Positions 61,224-64,000 of a stretch of 64,000 nt of DNA are shown here, in pieces (the first letter of the stretch is position 1; each line of letters begins with the position of its first letter). A model generated the notes under the pieces. The model made no database searches. It was not told the origin of the DNA and saw nothing but the letters and a program-made list of their open reading frames with translations. Made by a program: the position numbers and the translations under genes. The stretch comes from the human T2T-CHM13v2.0 reference genome, Homo sapiens, in NCBI RefSeq assembly GCF_009914755.1, contig NC_060948.1; one strand, given 5' to 3'.

Positions 61224-61257
61224 TCCCCTCACCTTTGGTGCTTGCCATAAATGCAGA

Positions 61258-63420
<2,163 letters not shown>

Positions 63421-63970
63421 CGTCCAGTGTGGTTGGAGCAGGACAGTCATCCTTTTCTGATGTGCCTTGGTCTTTCTGGAGGATCAGTCAAGTTGGATTA
63501 TCTGGATCTTGCTGACTCCTCCACCAGTCTGGGACTGGGGCTGCAGGTTTCAGTCAGCTATGATGGATCCAGGACATGATACCTGCAATTTTACAGAAGA
63601 AGGGGTAGATATGATCACAACATGGGGCCATCCCACAAGGGCCTGAGGGTGGTAGGGTTCCGATGTTTAACCCATACAGAGTCCCCAGGTTGAAAGAGGT
63701 GTACTGCCTCTGTGAGGCTAATAGGTATTCTCTCTCTTACTCACCCTTGTATTTCTTGTATTACTTCACCTAATGCCTGCATTTGTCTCCTTAGGGTTAG
63801 CTCTTCTATTTATTTTAAATCTCCTTTTATCTGAGCTATGAGTTGGGGGTGGTCATCCATATACTATCTCATAGGGTGAATGCCCAGTCAATTTAGTAGG
63901 GGTACACCTGACTCAGAGAAGGACAATGGGCAATACCTGATCCCACCTTAAATGAGTTTCTTGGCAAAAC
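63421..63970 (-). pseudogene. Retroviral pol, integrase C-terminal region, disrupted
   Basis: Minus-strand translation gives FQPGDSVWVK...LWDGPHVV...SWIHHS, a gammaretroviral IN C-terminal (GPY/F-like) motif. Confidence 0.8.
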
Positions 63971-64000
63971 TTCTTCTTCTTTTTTTTTTTTTTTTTTTTT

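Overview
Human (primate) genomic DNA: AT-rich, CpG-poor and dominated by repeats. An AluYa5 with a single deviation from the consensus I recall (4571-4887) points to Homo sapiens. I find no supportable host protein-coding exon, RNA gene or CRISPR array. Almost all ORFs in the track are Alu, L1, ERV or low-complexity artefacts. Content: about 20 Alus; one full-length but frameshifted L1PA (20251-26307, minus) that keeps an open antisense ORF0 and an open endonuclease domain; several truncated, inverted or internally deleted L1s; MaLR and ERV1 solo LTRs (LTR8, THE1, MLT1, MER50, MER41A); DNA-transposon fossils; and the 3' half (pol-IN, env, 3' LTR) of a decayed ERV3/HERV-E-related provirus. I cannot support a new biological system here. 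The most notable signals are structural: an L1 3' transduction inside the proviral LTR, an AT-rich inverted duplication at 53.9-54.3 kb, a private deletion in the ZNF93-binding segment of the full-length L1 5'UTR, twin-primed and internally deleted L1s, and templated-insertion scars. Subfamily names and consensus comparisons come from recalled consensus sequences and need RepeatMasker/Dfam confirmation. Boundaries of old elements are approximate.
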